This document shows positions 37,892-47,306 of a DNA stretch of 64,000 bases, one piece after another; positions within the stretch are counted from its first letter, which is position 1; each line of letters starts with the position of its first letter. Origin of the DNA: a virus; the IMG/VR virus record IMGVR_UViG_3300045988_132585, positions 76,678-140,677 of that record; one strand, given 5' to 3'. The notes under the pieces were generated by a model, which was not told the origin of the DNA, did not search any database, and worked only from the letters and a program-made list of their open reading frames with translations. A program made the translations under genes and the position numbers.

Positions 37892-39592
37892 TTATTTTTT
37901 GTCATCTCCTTTTAACTTCTTTAAAGTATCTGCAATCGGAAGCTGATCAATGACTCCCAATGCCGGAGCGACGGTCTTAACAACATTGTTAAGGAAATTA
38001 CCGGTACTGTTCTGACCGCCGTCAAATACTGTGATATTTCCGAGGTTAATGTGCTCAAATGCCTTAACCTGTTCTCCAGCAATTTCTTTCCACTGATTAA
38101 CCATCTTGTACTGGATGGCGATCTGAGGATTGGATTCTGCTGCTTCCACCATAGCCTTAAATCCGTCGGCTTCTGCCATTAACGACTTTTTCTTACCTTC
38201 GGCTTCTGCCTCCAGCTTCATCTGAATAGCTTTTGCCTCCGCCTCAGCTTTTGCCAAATGTGCTGCCGCCTCAGCTTCAGCCCGGCGTTTGATTTTCTCT
38301 GCCTCAGCATCAGCTTGTAATATAGCCTCTTCCTTCTGGGTTTCAGCCGGCACAATCTTTTCGGCCTTAAGTGCAGCCTGAACTTTCTTAGCCTTAGCTT
38401 CTTCCACTTCTTTGTCGGCAAGCTCTTTTGCTGTTTTTACAGCCGCTTCCGATTTAACTTTTTCTTCTCCGGCCTTCTTCTCTGATTGAGCTTTGATAAT
38501 CTGTAGTTCTGATACTGACACAGCAACCTCCTTCTGGGCATTGTTGTATCCTATAGACGCATTTTTCTCAGCCTCAGCCTTCTTAATCTGAGCTTCAGAG
38601 TCTTGTATTGCTATGGCTGCTTCCTTGTCAGCTTCAGCCTTATTCTTTCCGACTTCTTCCATCCTTTCAGCCTCGGCTTTATTTACTTCAAGTTCTGCCT
38701 TAGATCTTACAATCGCCGATTCCTTGTCGGTTAAAGTTTTTGCGATAACCGCAGCCCTGTCTCTATCTGCTTGAGCTACACCGATCTGTTTCTCTTTATC
38801 GGTTAAAGCTAAAGCTATTTCTTTTTCTTTCTTCGTTTCAGCTACTATCGTTTCCTTTTCTTTTTCAGTACAAGCAATTTGAATCTCTTGTTCTTTTTTG
38901 GTATTAGCCACAGCCGTTTCTTTCTCCTTCTGCTGTACAGCAATCTTAATAGCACCCAGCTTCTCCTGCTCTTCGATATTAGCCTGTGCTTCGTTCAGAG
39001 CCCTACTTTCAGCCTCCTTACCAAGGTTCATAATATAACCGGCTTCGTCTCTGATGTCACTGATGTTGATGTTCAGGAGGTAAAGACCTAACTTATTAAG
39101 CTCGTTATCAATGTTCTTTCTTGCCTTATCCAAAAACTCATCCCTGTCAGAATTAAGTTTTTCGATCGTCATTTCAGCAATAATCAAACGCATCTGACCG
39201 TAAACGATGTCCGTAATAAGATTTTCAGTAGATTCGGTATCCATCCCCAAAAGTCTTTCTGCCGCATTTTGCATGATTTCGGGATTTGTACTGATAGCTA
39301 CTGTAATGGTCGTAGATACATCTACTCTAATATTCTGAGATGACAAAGCGCCGGTAAGCTTGCAATCTATTTGCATAGGCTCCATTGACAAAACATCATA
39401 GCTTTGAATAATAGGCAAGACAAATGCCGCTCCACCATGATATAATTTCGCCGATTTCTTTTCCCCACCTGTCTTACCGTAAACGACCAAGACCTGATTA
39501 GGCTTACATCTACGATACCTTGATAAGACTCCGATGATTGTCAAAATAATCACTACAGCTAAGATAGCTGATACGTACATGATTGTTGTCAT
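37892..39592 (-). CDS. Flotillin-like SPFH/band-7 membrane protein (YqiK/FloA-like, 566 aa)
   Basis: N-terminal TM helix followed by an SPFH core (NQVLVVYGKTGG ... IRVDVSTTITVAISTNPEIMQNAAER) and a long Ala/Glu/Lys-rich coiled-coil with EA repeats (AEAEAKAIQMKLEAEAEG) typical of flotillins. Confidence 0.7.
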   Translation of the reverse strand: MTTIMYVSAILAVVIILTIIGVLSRYRRCKPNQVLVVYGKTGGEKKSAKLYHGGAAFVLPIIQSYDVLSMEPMQIDCKLTGALSSQNIRVDVSTTITVAISTNPEIMQNAAERLLGMDTESTENLITDIVYGQMRLIIAEMTIEKLNSDRDEFLDKARKNIDNELNKLGLYLLNINISDIRDEAGYIMNLGKEAESRALNEAQANIEEQEKLGAIKIAVQQKEKETAVANTKKEQEIQIACTEKEKETIVAETKKEKEIALALTDKEKQIGVAQADRDRAAVIAKTLTDKESAIVRSKAELEVNKAEAERMEEVGKNKAEADKEAAIAIQDSEAQIKKAEAEKNASIGYNNAQKEVAVSVSELQIIKAQSEKKAGEEKVKSEAAVKTAKELADKEVEEAKAKKVQAALKAEKIVPAETQKEEAILQADAEAEKIKRRAEAEAAAHLAKAEAEAKAIQMKLEAEAEGKKKSLMAEADGFKAMVEAAESNPQIAIQYKMVNQWKEIAGEQVKAFEHINLGNITVFDGGQNSTGNFLNNVVKTVAPALGVIDQLPIADTLKKLKGDDKK

Positions 39593-39623
39593 AACTTTTA
39601 AAATTTAATTGTTGATAAAAAAA

Positions 39624-40118
39624 TTAGATACTTAATTCTCCTTCTTCATATTTTATATTCGCCTTGTCGCCGTTTTTGTAGGTTTTTCCAGACAAGCACT
39701 TTACTCTCATTTGCTCTTGTCTTCCATTTTTCGAAATATTTACCATATAATGATTCTTCCCTGATCTAAATACTATCTCCACTTCTCTTCCGTTTAAATC
39801 TTCCGGACATTCGTACACCATTTCTTGCTTTAACTTAAGAAGTAACTTATATACGTAAAACAAAACGATAAAGAAAAACGACCCTATCACAACCCCTACT
39901 AAATGGGAACCCGAAAAGTAGGTAGTCCAGCTATATCCAAGAATAAAATGTGTTATGCCCTTGAATGATATAATGTCCGACAAAGACATACTTAAATCAG
40001 AAGCACTGTCAATGTCAATATCCGTATCCAGATCAGATCCTAATATCGACAACAAAAACTGTATAACAAAAGCAAATGACGCTATTAAAGCCATGCATAA
40101 AATTATGTCACTTCCCAT
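39624..40118 (-). CDS. NfeD-like membrane protein (SPFH partner; TM helices + C-terminal beta-barrel)
   Basis: Three hydrophobic helices, then a C-terminal soluble domain (EVEIVFRSGKNHYMVNISKNGRQEQMRVKCLSG). Lies immediately upstream of the flotillin gene, the same order as the E. coli yqiJ-yqiK pair. Confidence 0.5.
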   Translation of the reverse strand: MGSDIILCMALIASFAFVIQFLLSILGSDLDTDIDIDSASDLSMSLSDIISFKGITHFILGYSWTTYFSGSHLVGVVIGSFFFIVLFYVYKLLLKLKQEMVYECPEDLNGREVEIVFRSGKNHYMVNISKNGRQEQMRVKCLSGKTYKNGDKANIKYEEGELSI

Positions 40119-40359
40119 ACCCTTCTGTTATTATTTTGTAAACAAGATCAGTCATATCTTTGATGGTCTCCATATCATAATCAATAATAACAATATTGAA
40201 TTTTTGTTCCACCATCACTTCCAGTTCAATTTGATCAACAGAATCTAATCCAAGTTCTTTAAACGTCACATCTTCTTCATGAACTATATCTATTTCCGAA
40301 TTAAGAAACTGAGTAATAATTATATCCTCTATTATCTTTCTGATTCTTACTTTTTCCAT
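40108..40359 (-). CDS. acpP: Acyl carrier protein-like (phosphopantetheine attachment motif LGLDSVD)
   Basis: 83-aa acidic protein with the canonical ACP Ser motif (FKELGLDSVDQIELEVMVEQKF). Overlaps the NfeD-like start by 11 nt. Confidence 0.55.
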   Translation of the reverse strand: MEKVRIRKIIEDIIITQFLNSEIDIVHEEDVTFKELGLDSVDQIELEVMVEQKFNIVIIDYDMETIKDMTDLVYKIITEGYGK

Positions 40360-41060
40360 TGCTTTCTAATTTTGTTAAATAAATACGTTTTTATGTTTTT
40401 CAATCGCTCTTTGTCTGTTTCAGAACTTCCGGTAAACAAATAATCCGGATTGCCTTTAGCCGGCGGCGTAGGCAATTTAGATACGGCAAACAACCAATCC
40501 ATTTCCTTATTCTTCTTAGACTCCAAATAAGGCTCGGTAGCGATCTTAAATTTTTCAGCTATTAAGTCAAAGAGCTTTGAATTTTTAAGGTTCATATGGA
40601 CTGAAAAAGCCTGAGAAGGCGGTTTCCATATGAAGTTACATAAGCTCATTGTATAATCTCCTGACTCTGCTATATAAGATTCCGTTACCTGAAGTATGAC
40701 CTCTTTCTTGAATGAGGTGTTACCCATAAACCAACACAATCTGGATTCTGCTTCTTTTCTGCTGACACCTATGTCTTTTGAATATGATTTGTACATTCCT
40801 ATCATAATCTTCAACGTTTCCAGAACCTCGTCTGTCATCTCCGGTGTCTCTATATAATTCACAAAAGACGTTCCTTTGTTGGTCAATCTCATCACGCCTG
40901 ATTTTAATTTCTCAACCAGGCCAAGCTCTATATACCTCCCAGCATCTTCTTCCGGCATGGCTTCGATCATAACCGTATCCTTCTGTCTTATGGCAAGAAG
41001 ATTAGCAAGATCATTAGGAGTCATGTCTGATGCTGCAAGTTGTCTGAAATTGATGTACAT
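40347..41060 (-). CDS. Hypothetical protein (237 aa)
   Basis: ORF directly upstream of the ACP gene. No PPTase or synthase motif recognised. Confidence 0.45.
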   Translation of the reverse strand: MYINFRQLAASDMTPNDLANLLAIRQKDTVMIEAMPEEDAGRYIELGLVEKLKSGVMRLTNKGTSFVNYIETPEMTDEVLETLKIMIGMYKSYSKDIGVSRKEAESRLCWFMGNTSFKKEVILQVTESYIAESGDYTMSLCNFIWKPPSQAFSVHMNLKNSKLFDLIAEKFKIATEPYLESKKNKEMDWLFAVSKLPTPPAKGNPDYLFTGSSETDKERLKNIKTYLFNKIRKQWKK

Positions 41061-41062
41061 AC

Positions 41063-41260
41063 CTAATCAGCTTTAATGAAAATAACATTCTTGTTATCTT
41101 GTCTATCAATATGTTCACATGGACCAATAATCATGTCTGTACATGAACAATAATTGTATTTTTCAAATATACACCTATCGCATGTATCACCTTCCACACA
41201 TTTTAATCTTACAAGTCCGGCAGTAAACACTTCTCCTACTTTAAATTCCTTCTTTTCCAT
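41063..41260 (-). CDS. Small Cys-rich protein (65 aa)
   Basis: CVEGDTCDRC ... CSC ... CEH, a putative zinc-binding fold. Confidence 0.35.
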   Translation of the reverse strand: MEKKEFKVGEVFTAGLVRLKCVEGDTCDRCIFEKYNYCSCTDMIIGPCEHIDRQDNKNVIFIKAD

Positions 41261-41275
41261 ATTCCCTCCTTGTTT

Positions 41276-41878
41276 TTAACTGTTGTACCCTTCTTTAATA
41301 ATCGAATTTCTACCGGTAGATACCGACTGTCGAAGATCGTCATGTACAGAATCTACCGTAGAATACTTGTTTCTGGTTGTAAAAATCACTTCCAGCATCT
41401 CCTTGTAATCACCTAAAGCTACTTCGTATCTCGGATCTACTTTGGCTTTTCTTTCAGCCTCGGCATTACTTTTAGCCAGTTCTCGATCAAGAAGATCTTC
41501 TTTGATTCGGTCAGCAATCATATCAAGTTCTTTTTTAATAACTTCTCCTGCTGCCCGAAGTTGACCTTCTACGTCACCAAGCTGGTCTTGGACGGTTCCT
41601 ATTTCTTTCTTTAGGCGATCGTATTCGTTAATCATACCCATATCACCTGCATAGCCGGAAAAGTCCTTGATTATTCTGGTTCCTTCTTTAAGGAGCTCAA
41701 TAACTCGTCTTTTACGTTCTCTGCTTATTAAAGACGGAAGACGATAATTCATATCCGCCACCGCCTTATCATGTATGGAGTTGATTAAAAACATCTCTCT
41801 TTCACCCCCTGCAAACTCAGTAAGAACCAAAAGGAACTTACTTATCAGGTATTCGTTTTCTTCTACTGTTAGTCTCAT
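41276..41878 (-). CDS. Hypothetical coiled-coil protein (about 200 aa; start at internal Met MRLTVEE)
   Basis: The annotated N-terminal extension would overlap the DnaB-like gene by 139 nt. The internal ATG at 41878 avoids the overlap. Confidence 0.4.
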   Translation of the reverse strand: MRLTVEENEYLISKFLLVLTEFAGGEREMFLINSIHDKAVADMNYRLPSLISRERKRRVIELLKEGTRIIKDFSGYAGDMGMINEYDRLKKEIGTVQDQLGDVEGQLRAAGEVIKKELDMIADRIKEDLLDRELAKSNAEAERKAKVDPRYEVALGDYKEMLEVIFTTRNKYSTVDSVHDDLRQSVSTGRNSIIKEGYNS

Positions 41879-41892
41879 GGTTCTTATTTTTT

Positions 41893-43026
41893 TTAATACA
41901 ATGACTGTTCTTCCTTTGTCTCTTGTTCTTGATCTTGATTGTTCGTAACGTCTTCCACAGTATAGAGCTTGGGCGGCGTCGGCGGCTGGTTGGGGTTCAC
42001 GAACTTCGTCCCGCCCTCCCCGTACATCCATCCATGTCCCGGCAGTATCTCTGGGTGGATTGTATTAGTAAGCTCTTCCATACTAACTTGCCTTACCTTC
42101 AGTATATGATGAAACACCAGTCCGGCTGTCCTGAATGATGTTTTGTTTTCAGTTTTAAACCTATCAAGAGTCTGATACCAATCTTTCCCAAATATCATAT
42201 ACTTATCCAGCCCGTACCTACGAGGATTGTGCAAGCCTATCATTAACGTACATAACTGACCCAGCGTATCAGACTGGTAAAAATCAGAAAGACGCGGAGG
42301 CTGCTCTTGTGGGCTTTTTATCCTTCCTTCTATTTCTCTGTTGAATTGGGATATGATGAGGAAAAATATGTTTTTATATACTAATTTAGCTTCGTTCATA
42401 ACCGCCACCAAATCATCTATAGCCGACTTAGGATCTAATCCCATTCTTTTTATCAAAGCAATATGATCGACTTTAAATATTATAAGACGTTTGTCTTTAT
42501 GTTTGGTAGCTATATGATACACAGCCGCCTCAAACTCTTTTACCGTACACGGAGCATCGATGTATATTATATTATTTCTGATTTCACCTTGAAGGATTTC
42601 AAACATCCTCATCTCTTCTACTGTATTAGAATCTTGCCTTCTTAATATTTCAGGAGCCCGCTTTTTCATATCCTGGCTCATTCTGCGAAGAAGAAGATCT
42701 TGAGGATTCATTTCGAACTCGCAATTAACAAGAAAATAATCTTCTGCTTGCGGGTTGATCATCGGATTCATCACATTTTCCAATATCTTTTGGGCCACAT
42801 ACGATTTACCTACAGATGGCCGGGCTCCTATGGCAATAGCATGCTGAGGGAAAATACCTCCAAGCAAAGCCTCATCAATATAATCGTATCCGGTTTTAGC
42901 GGGGATAAGCTCTCCCCGCCTGTATTTTAAGATATTCTCATACGCCTCTTCCATAACCTGTTTGGAGGTTTTGAATATCCTTCTTATATCTATCCTATTT
43001 GCTATCTCCTCGTGCATTTTTGTCAC
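41893..43026 (-). CDS. DnaB-like replicative helicase (RecA-fold C-terminal domain)
   Basis: DnaB-family Walker A (AIAIGARPSVGKSYVAQKILENV), Walker B region (RLIIFKVDHIALI), and mode of interaction motifs. Shorter than cellular DnaB, so it lacks the N-terminal domain. Confidence 0.6.
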   Translation of the reverse strand: MTKMHEEIANRIDIRRIFKTSKQVMEEAYENILKYRRGELIPAKTGYDYIDEALLGGIFPQHAIAIGARPSVGKSYVAQKILENVMNPMINPQAEDYFLVNCEFEMNPQDLLLRRMSQDMKKRAPEILRRQDSNTVEEMRMFEILQGEIRNNIIYIDAPCTVKEFEAAVYHIATKHKDKRLIIFKVDHIALIKRMGLDPKSAIDDLVAVMNEAKLVYKNIFFLIISQFNREIEGRIKSPQEQPPRLSDFYQSDTLGQLCTLMIGLHNPRRYGLDKYMIFGKDWYQTLDRFKTENKTSFRTAGLVFHHILKVRQVSMEELTNTIHPEILPGHGWMYGEGGTKFVNPNQPPTPPKLYTVEDVTNNQDQEQETKEEQSLY

Positions 43027-43273
43027 CTTTTGTATCCGATTTGGATCCCCTATTAGCTTTTACTGATTTATACCTAAGACCGTTTTTGGTATGAGAACAA
43101 TCTTTGCCTTTCCTCCAGCTTTTGCCTTTCTTCTTGTCCGTTTCGTAGTTTTTACGACCAAGCTCCCGGCGTTTGGCTTTCTGTTCCGGTCTGGCATTTA
43201 TCTCCTTGTCCTTTTTAGCCTTTTTCTTCCTGGCTTCGGGATGAGTCCTGTAGTACTCTGTCGATCTACCCAT
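42995..43273 (-). CDS. Small highly basic protein (92 aa, Lys/Arg-rich)
   Basis: Lys/Arg make up about 40% of residues. 3' end overlaps the DnaB-like start by 32 nt. Confidence 0.35.
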   Translation of the reverse strand: MGRSTEYYRTHPEARKKKAKKDKEINARPEQKAKRRELGRKNYETDKKKGKSWRKGKDCSHTKNGLRYKSVKANRGSKSDTKGDKNARGDSK

Positions 43274-43325
43274 GTGCTTATATTTTTTTTGATGAATAAT
43301 AGCACAAAGATAGGTAATTCGCGTC

Positions 43326-43892
43326 CTATTTCAACCTGCCGTAGCTCATATCGGGATCACACCAGACATACCCGTCTTTCTCATCATGGAGATACTCAGG
43401 GCATCCTCTGCATGCGCTACTGCCTGACACTATTTGATTGTTCTTATTAGGGCACTTATCTCCAGGTTTATGCCATTCTATTCTCGAACCTGATCGTTCT
43501 TTGTTTACATGACAGAACTGAAAGACTTTTCCCATCGTCTTCTCGCCAAACATACCTATATGTGTGTACTCTTCCGGTATAGCGAGAAATTCAGATAAAT
43601 CTTTATACATCCTTTCCCGTTCCTCTGGCGTAGACCATAGTCTATCAAGTTCGGCATGGACTCTTATCTTAAGAGACCTCAGTGATGGCCCCGCAAGCCG
43701 GCCTTTAGCTTTTCCCTTATTCGGCCCTGATTCATGAACACCGACATAAGCGTTGCATGGTTTACACATCATAACCATCCCTAAGCCTTTTCTGCTATAT
43801 ATTTTATCGGCATTGACCAACTCGGTTTCTCTTCCGCAATAAGGGCAAATTTCGCCTCTTAAAATCCGTTGTTGCCGCACATTGAGTTCCAT
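43326..43892 (-). CDS. Zinc-ribbon protein (188 aa)
   Basis: CPYCG ... CKPC N-terminal ribbon plus C-terminal CRGCPEY. Confidence 0.4.
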   Translation of the reverse strand: MELNVRQQRILRGEICPYCGRETELVNADKIYSRKGLGMVMMCKPCNAYVGVHESGPNKGKAKGRLAGPSLRSLKIRVHAELDRLWSTPEERERMYKDLSEFLAIPEEYTHIGMFGEKTMGKVFQFCHVNKERSGSRIEWHKPGDKCPNKNNQIVSGSSACRGCPEYLHDEKDGYVWCDPDMSYGRLK

Positions 43893-44137
43893 ACTCTATC
43901 CTTTTGTTTCTCTTTAAACTTTTCATACAAACTGCTTTCAGTTTCCATTTCCGAGATCTCCACCTCTACGTCCTCTCTTTTGAAAATTACTTTCTTGGCT
44001 GTAGGATACGCACATTTAGAGATACGAATAGCATTACGAATAGCGTAAACAAAATACGTTTCTGGTGATGATTCGATCACCACTACCTCGTTTAAAGTGT
44101 TTTTATAATTTTCCATGTTGTTATCTACTTGCTTCAA
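43859..44137 (-). CDS. Hypothetical protein (92 aa)
   Basis: ORF overlapping its neighbours by short stretches. Confidence 0.35.
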   Translation of the reverse strand: MKQVDNNMENYKNTLNEVVVIESSPETYFVYAIRNAIRISKCAYPTAKKVIFKREDVEVEISEMETESSLYEKFKEKQKDRVWNSMCGNNGF

Positions 44138-44474
44138 TTACACACCCTGGATTATCTTCACATGCCTCTTTGTATTCGATAAGAAACTTAAGAAATGAAT
44201 CATAAGACCCCCATCCGTTTTCTGGTTCGTATCTCAAAAGACTCTTTCTCTTGGAGATCATAATATATATACCTTTTGTGAGTATCTTCACCATCTCCTT
44301 AGTATCTATTTCCCTGCCCAATTCTTCCGGTCTCCAAACATAATCGTATAGTGTTTCTTTGTTTTCTGATACGAATATTTTTTGTGCCATCTTGTTCATG
44401 TTGTGGGTGATGTTTGCAACCCATTTACGATCCTCTTCTTTCTTCTTGCTCTTAATATAAACGTCCAGGCTCAT
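44121..44474 (-). CDS. Hypothetical protein (117 aa)
   Basis: ORF. Confidence 0.4.
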   Translation of the reverse strand: MSLDVYIKSKKKEEDRKWVANITHNMNKMAQKIFVSENKETLYDYVWRPEELGREIDTKEMVKILTKGIYIMISKRKSLLRYEPENGWGSYDSFLKFLIEYKEACEDNPGCVIEASR

Positions 44475-45465
44475 AATATTTCTCTTTTACTTTGTTATTA
44501 ATTATCAAATCTGCCACATCATCTCCGTCCCCTACATTCTCAACACTCTGAAGATAGTCCGATACTTTTATCCTTGACTTCATCATCATCCCATCTATCT
44601 TTTTACTCCATGTGTCAAATGCTTGTCCTTTGTCCGGAAAAGCTACAGTCTTTCTATCTTTTAAAACATCTATCACTTCCGGTCTTAAGTTCTGCAACCC
44701 ACCGGTAGCTACAAACAACTTATCTGGTTTATTCACGGCGCATATAATAGCCGTCTTTTCTGACTCCACCAAATTAACTACCTTATCTGGATACTGGCTT
44801 AGAAGATGTTCTCCAAACAGGCATTGTCTAAACAAGAAGTCTCTTGCATGCAACGAGTGATAAAACATGACATGAGGTCGCTCATTGTCACCGTCTTTTT
44901 CCTTCACTCTTTTTACATCAATCTCATTCCCCTGGCTGTCGGTCTTTATATAAAAATCCATAATCTTGCCGGTTCTGCATACAAAGTCCTTATCTATCTG
45001 CCAGAATATACAACACCCTTTCCATCCCCATAAGTCCATTGTCCCAACATGATACCTTCTAAATACGTCAGATACCCTTTCTTTTCCCCATAGAGACGAT
45101 AAAAATCTAAATACGGTGTTTCCATCGTCTGGAACTACAGTCCTCTCAAACTCGCTAAAAGGTATGTAATTTACAACGTCAGGATTTACAGGAGGACGAT
45201 AAGCTCTTATGCACTTATTTCCCGAAATCCAAAGATCTTTGTCACCTACATCCTTGCCGGTAGGTCGTTTATCATAACCGCAAGTTCGTTCATGATCGCA
45301 TCTTCCAAACTCATTGCCAACGACCTGACCGGTCGCCACATCAATATAAGGGGTAAGGCACCGGCTTTTCCCGCAAGCCGGGCAGGTTAGCTTCAGTCGG
45401 CTCCTGTCAGGCCTGCGGTCAAGTTGAAACCGAGGTACGTTTTCGTATTTTCTAAAATCAAGCAT
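44452..45465 (-). CDS. Putative DNA primase (N-terminal Zn-binding motif + TOPRIM-like core)
   Basis: CPACGKSRC ... CDHERTC zinc motif. Downstream LVESEKTAIICAV (conserved Glu) and AFPDKGQAFD (DxD-like) resemble TOPRIM. Sits beside the helicase. Confidence 0.4.
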   Translation of the reverse strand: MLDFRKYENVPRFQLDRRPDRSRLKLTCPACGKSRCLTPYIDVATGQVVGNEFGRCDHERTCGYDKRPTGKDVGDKDLWISGNKCIRAYRPPVNPDVVNYIPFSEFERTVVPDDGNTVFRFLSSLWGKERVSDVFRRYHVGTMDLWGWKGCCIFWQIDKDFVCRTGKIMDFYIKTDSQGNEIDVKRVKEKDGDNERPHVMFYHSLHARDFLFRQCLFGEHLLSQYPDKVVNLVESEKTAIICAVNKPDKLFVATGGLQNLRPEVIDVLKDRKTVAFPDKGQAFDTWSKKIDGMMMKSRIKVSDYLQSVENVGDGDDVADLIINNKVKEKYYEPGRLY

Positions 45466-45487
45466 CCTTAGCTCCTCTCATTGCTTT

Positions 45488-46816
45488 TTATATCATGAAC
45501 CTTTTAGATATTTCCTCTGCAATATCATATACAACCGTATGATCCTCTTCATTGTATGGTTTATTGATATTCAACACTCCTTTTCTCACTTTGAATTTCT
45601 TATCTTTTCTAAGGTGATTCAACATACCTTGTTGGAACACACAGTCCGCCTTTTCAAGTGCTACACTGTCTTCTGTCCATTCTTTCAGCGTATATCCTTT
45701 ACTGCTCGTGCTTTTTGGAGAAAAGTTCATAATACGTGCATCAATGCCATACCATGCTTTAACCATTCTTCTTTCAGCTTCCAATTGGAATGCATATGAT
45801 TCCCATATTCCTCCCGATTTAAAGTCAAGAATGACCACTTCTTCTTTTTCCACTTCTCTTACTTCCTTCTTCGGATCACCTTTTTTGAACTGTCCGGTAG
45901 CCCTTTGATACACGGCTCCAAAATAACCTTCTTCTTTGTATTTGAATGTCATTTTAACCATCGCATCAATAGGTGTTGCTACAAGGTAATCCTCTAAAGA
46001 AAGGATTCTTTCTATCATCATCGGTTTCACCTTGTAATCAGAACAGAATTTGGCAAACTTCATGACCCTGACAATCATATCGTCAAGATCATCTATGCTA
46101 TCAAAGAACCGATCAAGATTTTTCTTAGATATCTTCAGCTTGCCTTCTTGCACTGTCTTAACCACAAAGCTTCGATTTAAGACCATATCTCTACCTGTTA
46201 GGTACAATCCGTATAAGTAGTGCATGATCGTTCCCTTATCGGCTTCATACTGCGCTACCTCTTCTGGATTGCGACCAAGCATCTTTATCTCTTGCTTCCA
46301 TTCCTGAAGTGCTGTCTTATCATCTACATACCCATCTTTGATTAAAGTTGTTACCGAAGCATATATCTTAGCCGTCCCATCATCCATCTTTCTTACATAA
46401 AAACGATTATCGTCTAATGTCAATCTTACGAATTTGGGGGTCTCAATCTTCTTTAACTCATCACAGATATAAAACGGCTCTAATGTTTCCTGATTTTCTG
46501 TAAACGGATTCGAATCTTCTTCTCCAGGGTTAGGAGCGGCTTCCTCCGCCTGAGCTTCCGGTTCCTCCTTCTGGACCGGCTCTGGCTCAGGCGCCGGCTC
46601 TTTAACTACTGGAACCTGTCCGCCTCTTTCTGCTATGTCTCTGTTCTTTATTAAAGACATAACCTCCTTCTTCAACTGCTCTGGTGTTTGGTTAGGATCT
46701 GACACCGACATCACAACATCGTTCATTCTAAACAACGTATTTCCCTCTCCTTTCACCATAGGTACAAACCCTAAATCTATTAATATTTTAATCTTTTCTT
46801 CTATCATACCTATCAA
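45488..46816 (-). CDS. PD-(D/E)xK-family nuclease-like protein (442 aa) with Pro/Glu-rich linker
   Basis: GTIMHYLYG (motif I-like), VVILDFKSGG (hhhDxK), YAFQLEAERRM (QxxxY-like). N-terminal domain unknown. Acidic Pro-rich linker EPAPEPEPVQKEEPEAQAEEAAP. Confidence 0.45.
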   Translation of the reverse strand: MIGMIEEKIKILIDLGFVPMVKGEGNTLFRMNDVVMSVSDPNQTPEQLKKEVMSLIKNRDIAERGGQVPVVKEPAPEPEPVQKEEPEAQAEEAAPNPGEEDSNPFTENQETLEPFYICDELKKIETPKFVRLTLDDNRFYVRKMDDGTAKIYASVTTLIKDGYVDDKTALQEWKQEIKMLGRNPEEVAQYEADKGTIMHYLYGLYLTGRDMVLNRSFVVKTVQEGKLKISKKNLDRFFDSIDDLDDMIVRVMKFAKFCSDYKVKPMMIERILSLEDYLVATPIDAMVKMTFKYKEEGYFGAVYQRATGQFKKGDPKKEVREVEKEEVVILDFKSGGIWESYAFQLEAERRMVKAWYGIDARIMNFSPKSTSSKGYTLKEWTEDSVALEKADCVFQQGMLNHLRKDKKFKVRKGVLNINKPYNEEDHTVVYDIAEEISKRFMI

Positions 46817-47306
46817 TTATTTCAATAATCAACCTACCTCTTTCCTTGATCATTCCTCTGCTTTCCATATCCAGTACCTTCTTTACCGCATACTTCCACA
46901 CAAAAGGAAATTCTGTTTCAAGTTTATCAAATTCCATCCGGTCAAGATACATGTCGAATACCGTATGCTCCGATTCATGAAGGAAAACTATATTATCCCT
47001 GCAAGTAGCAACCGACTTATATATCCTTTTCGGAAGTATGTGACAGACGTTACATACTGTAGGAAAATGAATAGCCTTACCGGTCATAGACATCCGACTA
47101 TTATTTAACTCTTCCAGCATAAGACGAAAAAACCCGGATAAATCCGGGTTCTCTAACTTTTTCTTCTTGCTGCTGTTTTTAATGGATGTAGTTCTGTCTT
47201 TTTTCTTCGGAGTCAACTCTTTACTCCTGCAAGCCTGGCATAAGCCATGACTTCTTATCATCACTTTTCGTCCGCATCTTTCGCAGACGTACAATTTCTT
47301 TTCCAC
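46788..47306 (-). CDS. Zinc-ribbon protein with HNH-like motif (172 aa)
   Basis: N-terminal CERCGR ... CQAC ribbon. Later CNVCHILPKR ... DNIVFLHESEH resembles the HNH pattern (CxxCH ... N ... H). Confidence 0.35.
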   Translation of the reverse strand: MEKKLYVCERCGRKVMIRSHGLCQACRSKELTPKKKDRTTSIKNSSKKKKLENPDLSGFFRLMLEELNNSRMSMTGKAIHFPTVCNVCHILPKRIYKSVATCRDNIVFLHESEHTVFDMYLDRMEFDKLETEFPFVWKYAVKKVLDMESRGMIKERGRLIIEIIDRYDRRKD

